Source of the DNA: Chiloscyllium plagiosum
Lineage: Eukaryota
Assembly: GCF_004010195.1 (NCBI RefSeq)
Contig: NC_057719.1
Coordinates: 82,292,147-82,312,146 of the forward strand
Length of the DNA: 20,000 nucleotides
Direction of reading: 5' to 3'
In this document: in pieces, positions 19,819 through 20,000 of the stretch
How positions within the stretch are numbered: the first letter of the stretch is position 1
Layout: each line of letters starts with the position of its first letter
Translations under genes and position numbers: made by a program
Notes under the pieces: model-generated
Database searches by the model: none
What the model saw: only the letters and a program-made list of their open reading frames with translations
What the model was told of the DNA's origin: nothing

Positions 19819-20000
19819 AAGGTAGCCAGGAAGGAGCTGAAGAGAGAGCTAAGAGCAGCAAGGAGGGGACATGAAAGGTGCTTAGTCGGTAGGATTAGGG
19901 AAAACCCTAAGGCTTTCTATAGGTATGTTAGGAATAAAAGAATGACTAGGGTAGGAATAGGTCCAGTCAAGGATAGTAGTGGGAAGTCGCGTGTGGAGGC
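19819..20000 (+). mobile_element. CR1 LINE ORF2 fragment, 5'-truncated, continues beyond the window
   Basis: Open frame KVARKELKRELRAARRGHERCLVGRIRENPKAFYRYVRNKRMTRVGIGPVKDSSGKSRVE matches the CR1 EN-RT linker (NPKxFYxYV motif). Confidence 0.9.

Overview
Eukaryotic, repeat-dense, apparently intergenic or intronic DNA. The repeat repertoire (HE1-type V-SINEs, Deu-domain SacSINE1-like SINEs, CR1 and L2 LINE remnants, two lineages of Penelope-like elements) points to a cartilaginous fish, probably a shark. Family names come from recalled consensus sequences, not from a database search. No intact protein-coding gene, rRNA, true tRNA or CRISPR array is supportable, and the recognisable ORFs are retroelement debris. 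The main structural observations are: (1) a 66-bp tandem array (11750-12060) that is an inverted copy of a segment of a CR1 ORF1 remnant ~700 bp upstream, with microhomologies and a snap-back hairpin suggesting templated insertion; (2) three minimal hammerhead ribozyme motifs in Penelope 3' ends, one with an intact core and stems; (3) a CR1 in which ORF1 is fused directly to the 3' end of ORF2; (4) a Neptune-type Penelope flanked by a 14-bp target-site duplication; (5) nested insertions; (6) two exon-like unique segments on the + strand. I see no convincing evidence of a new multi-gene system.
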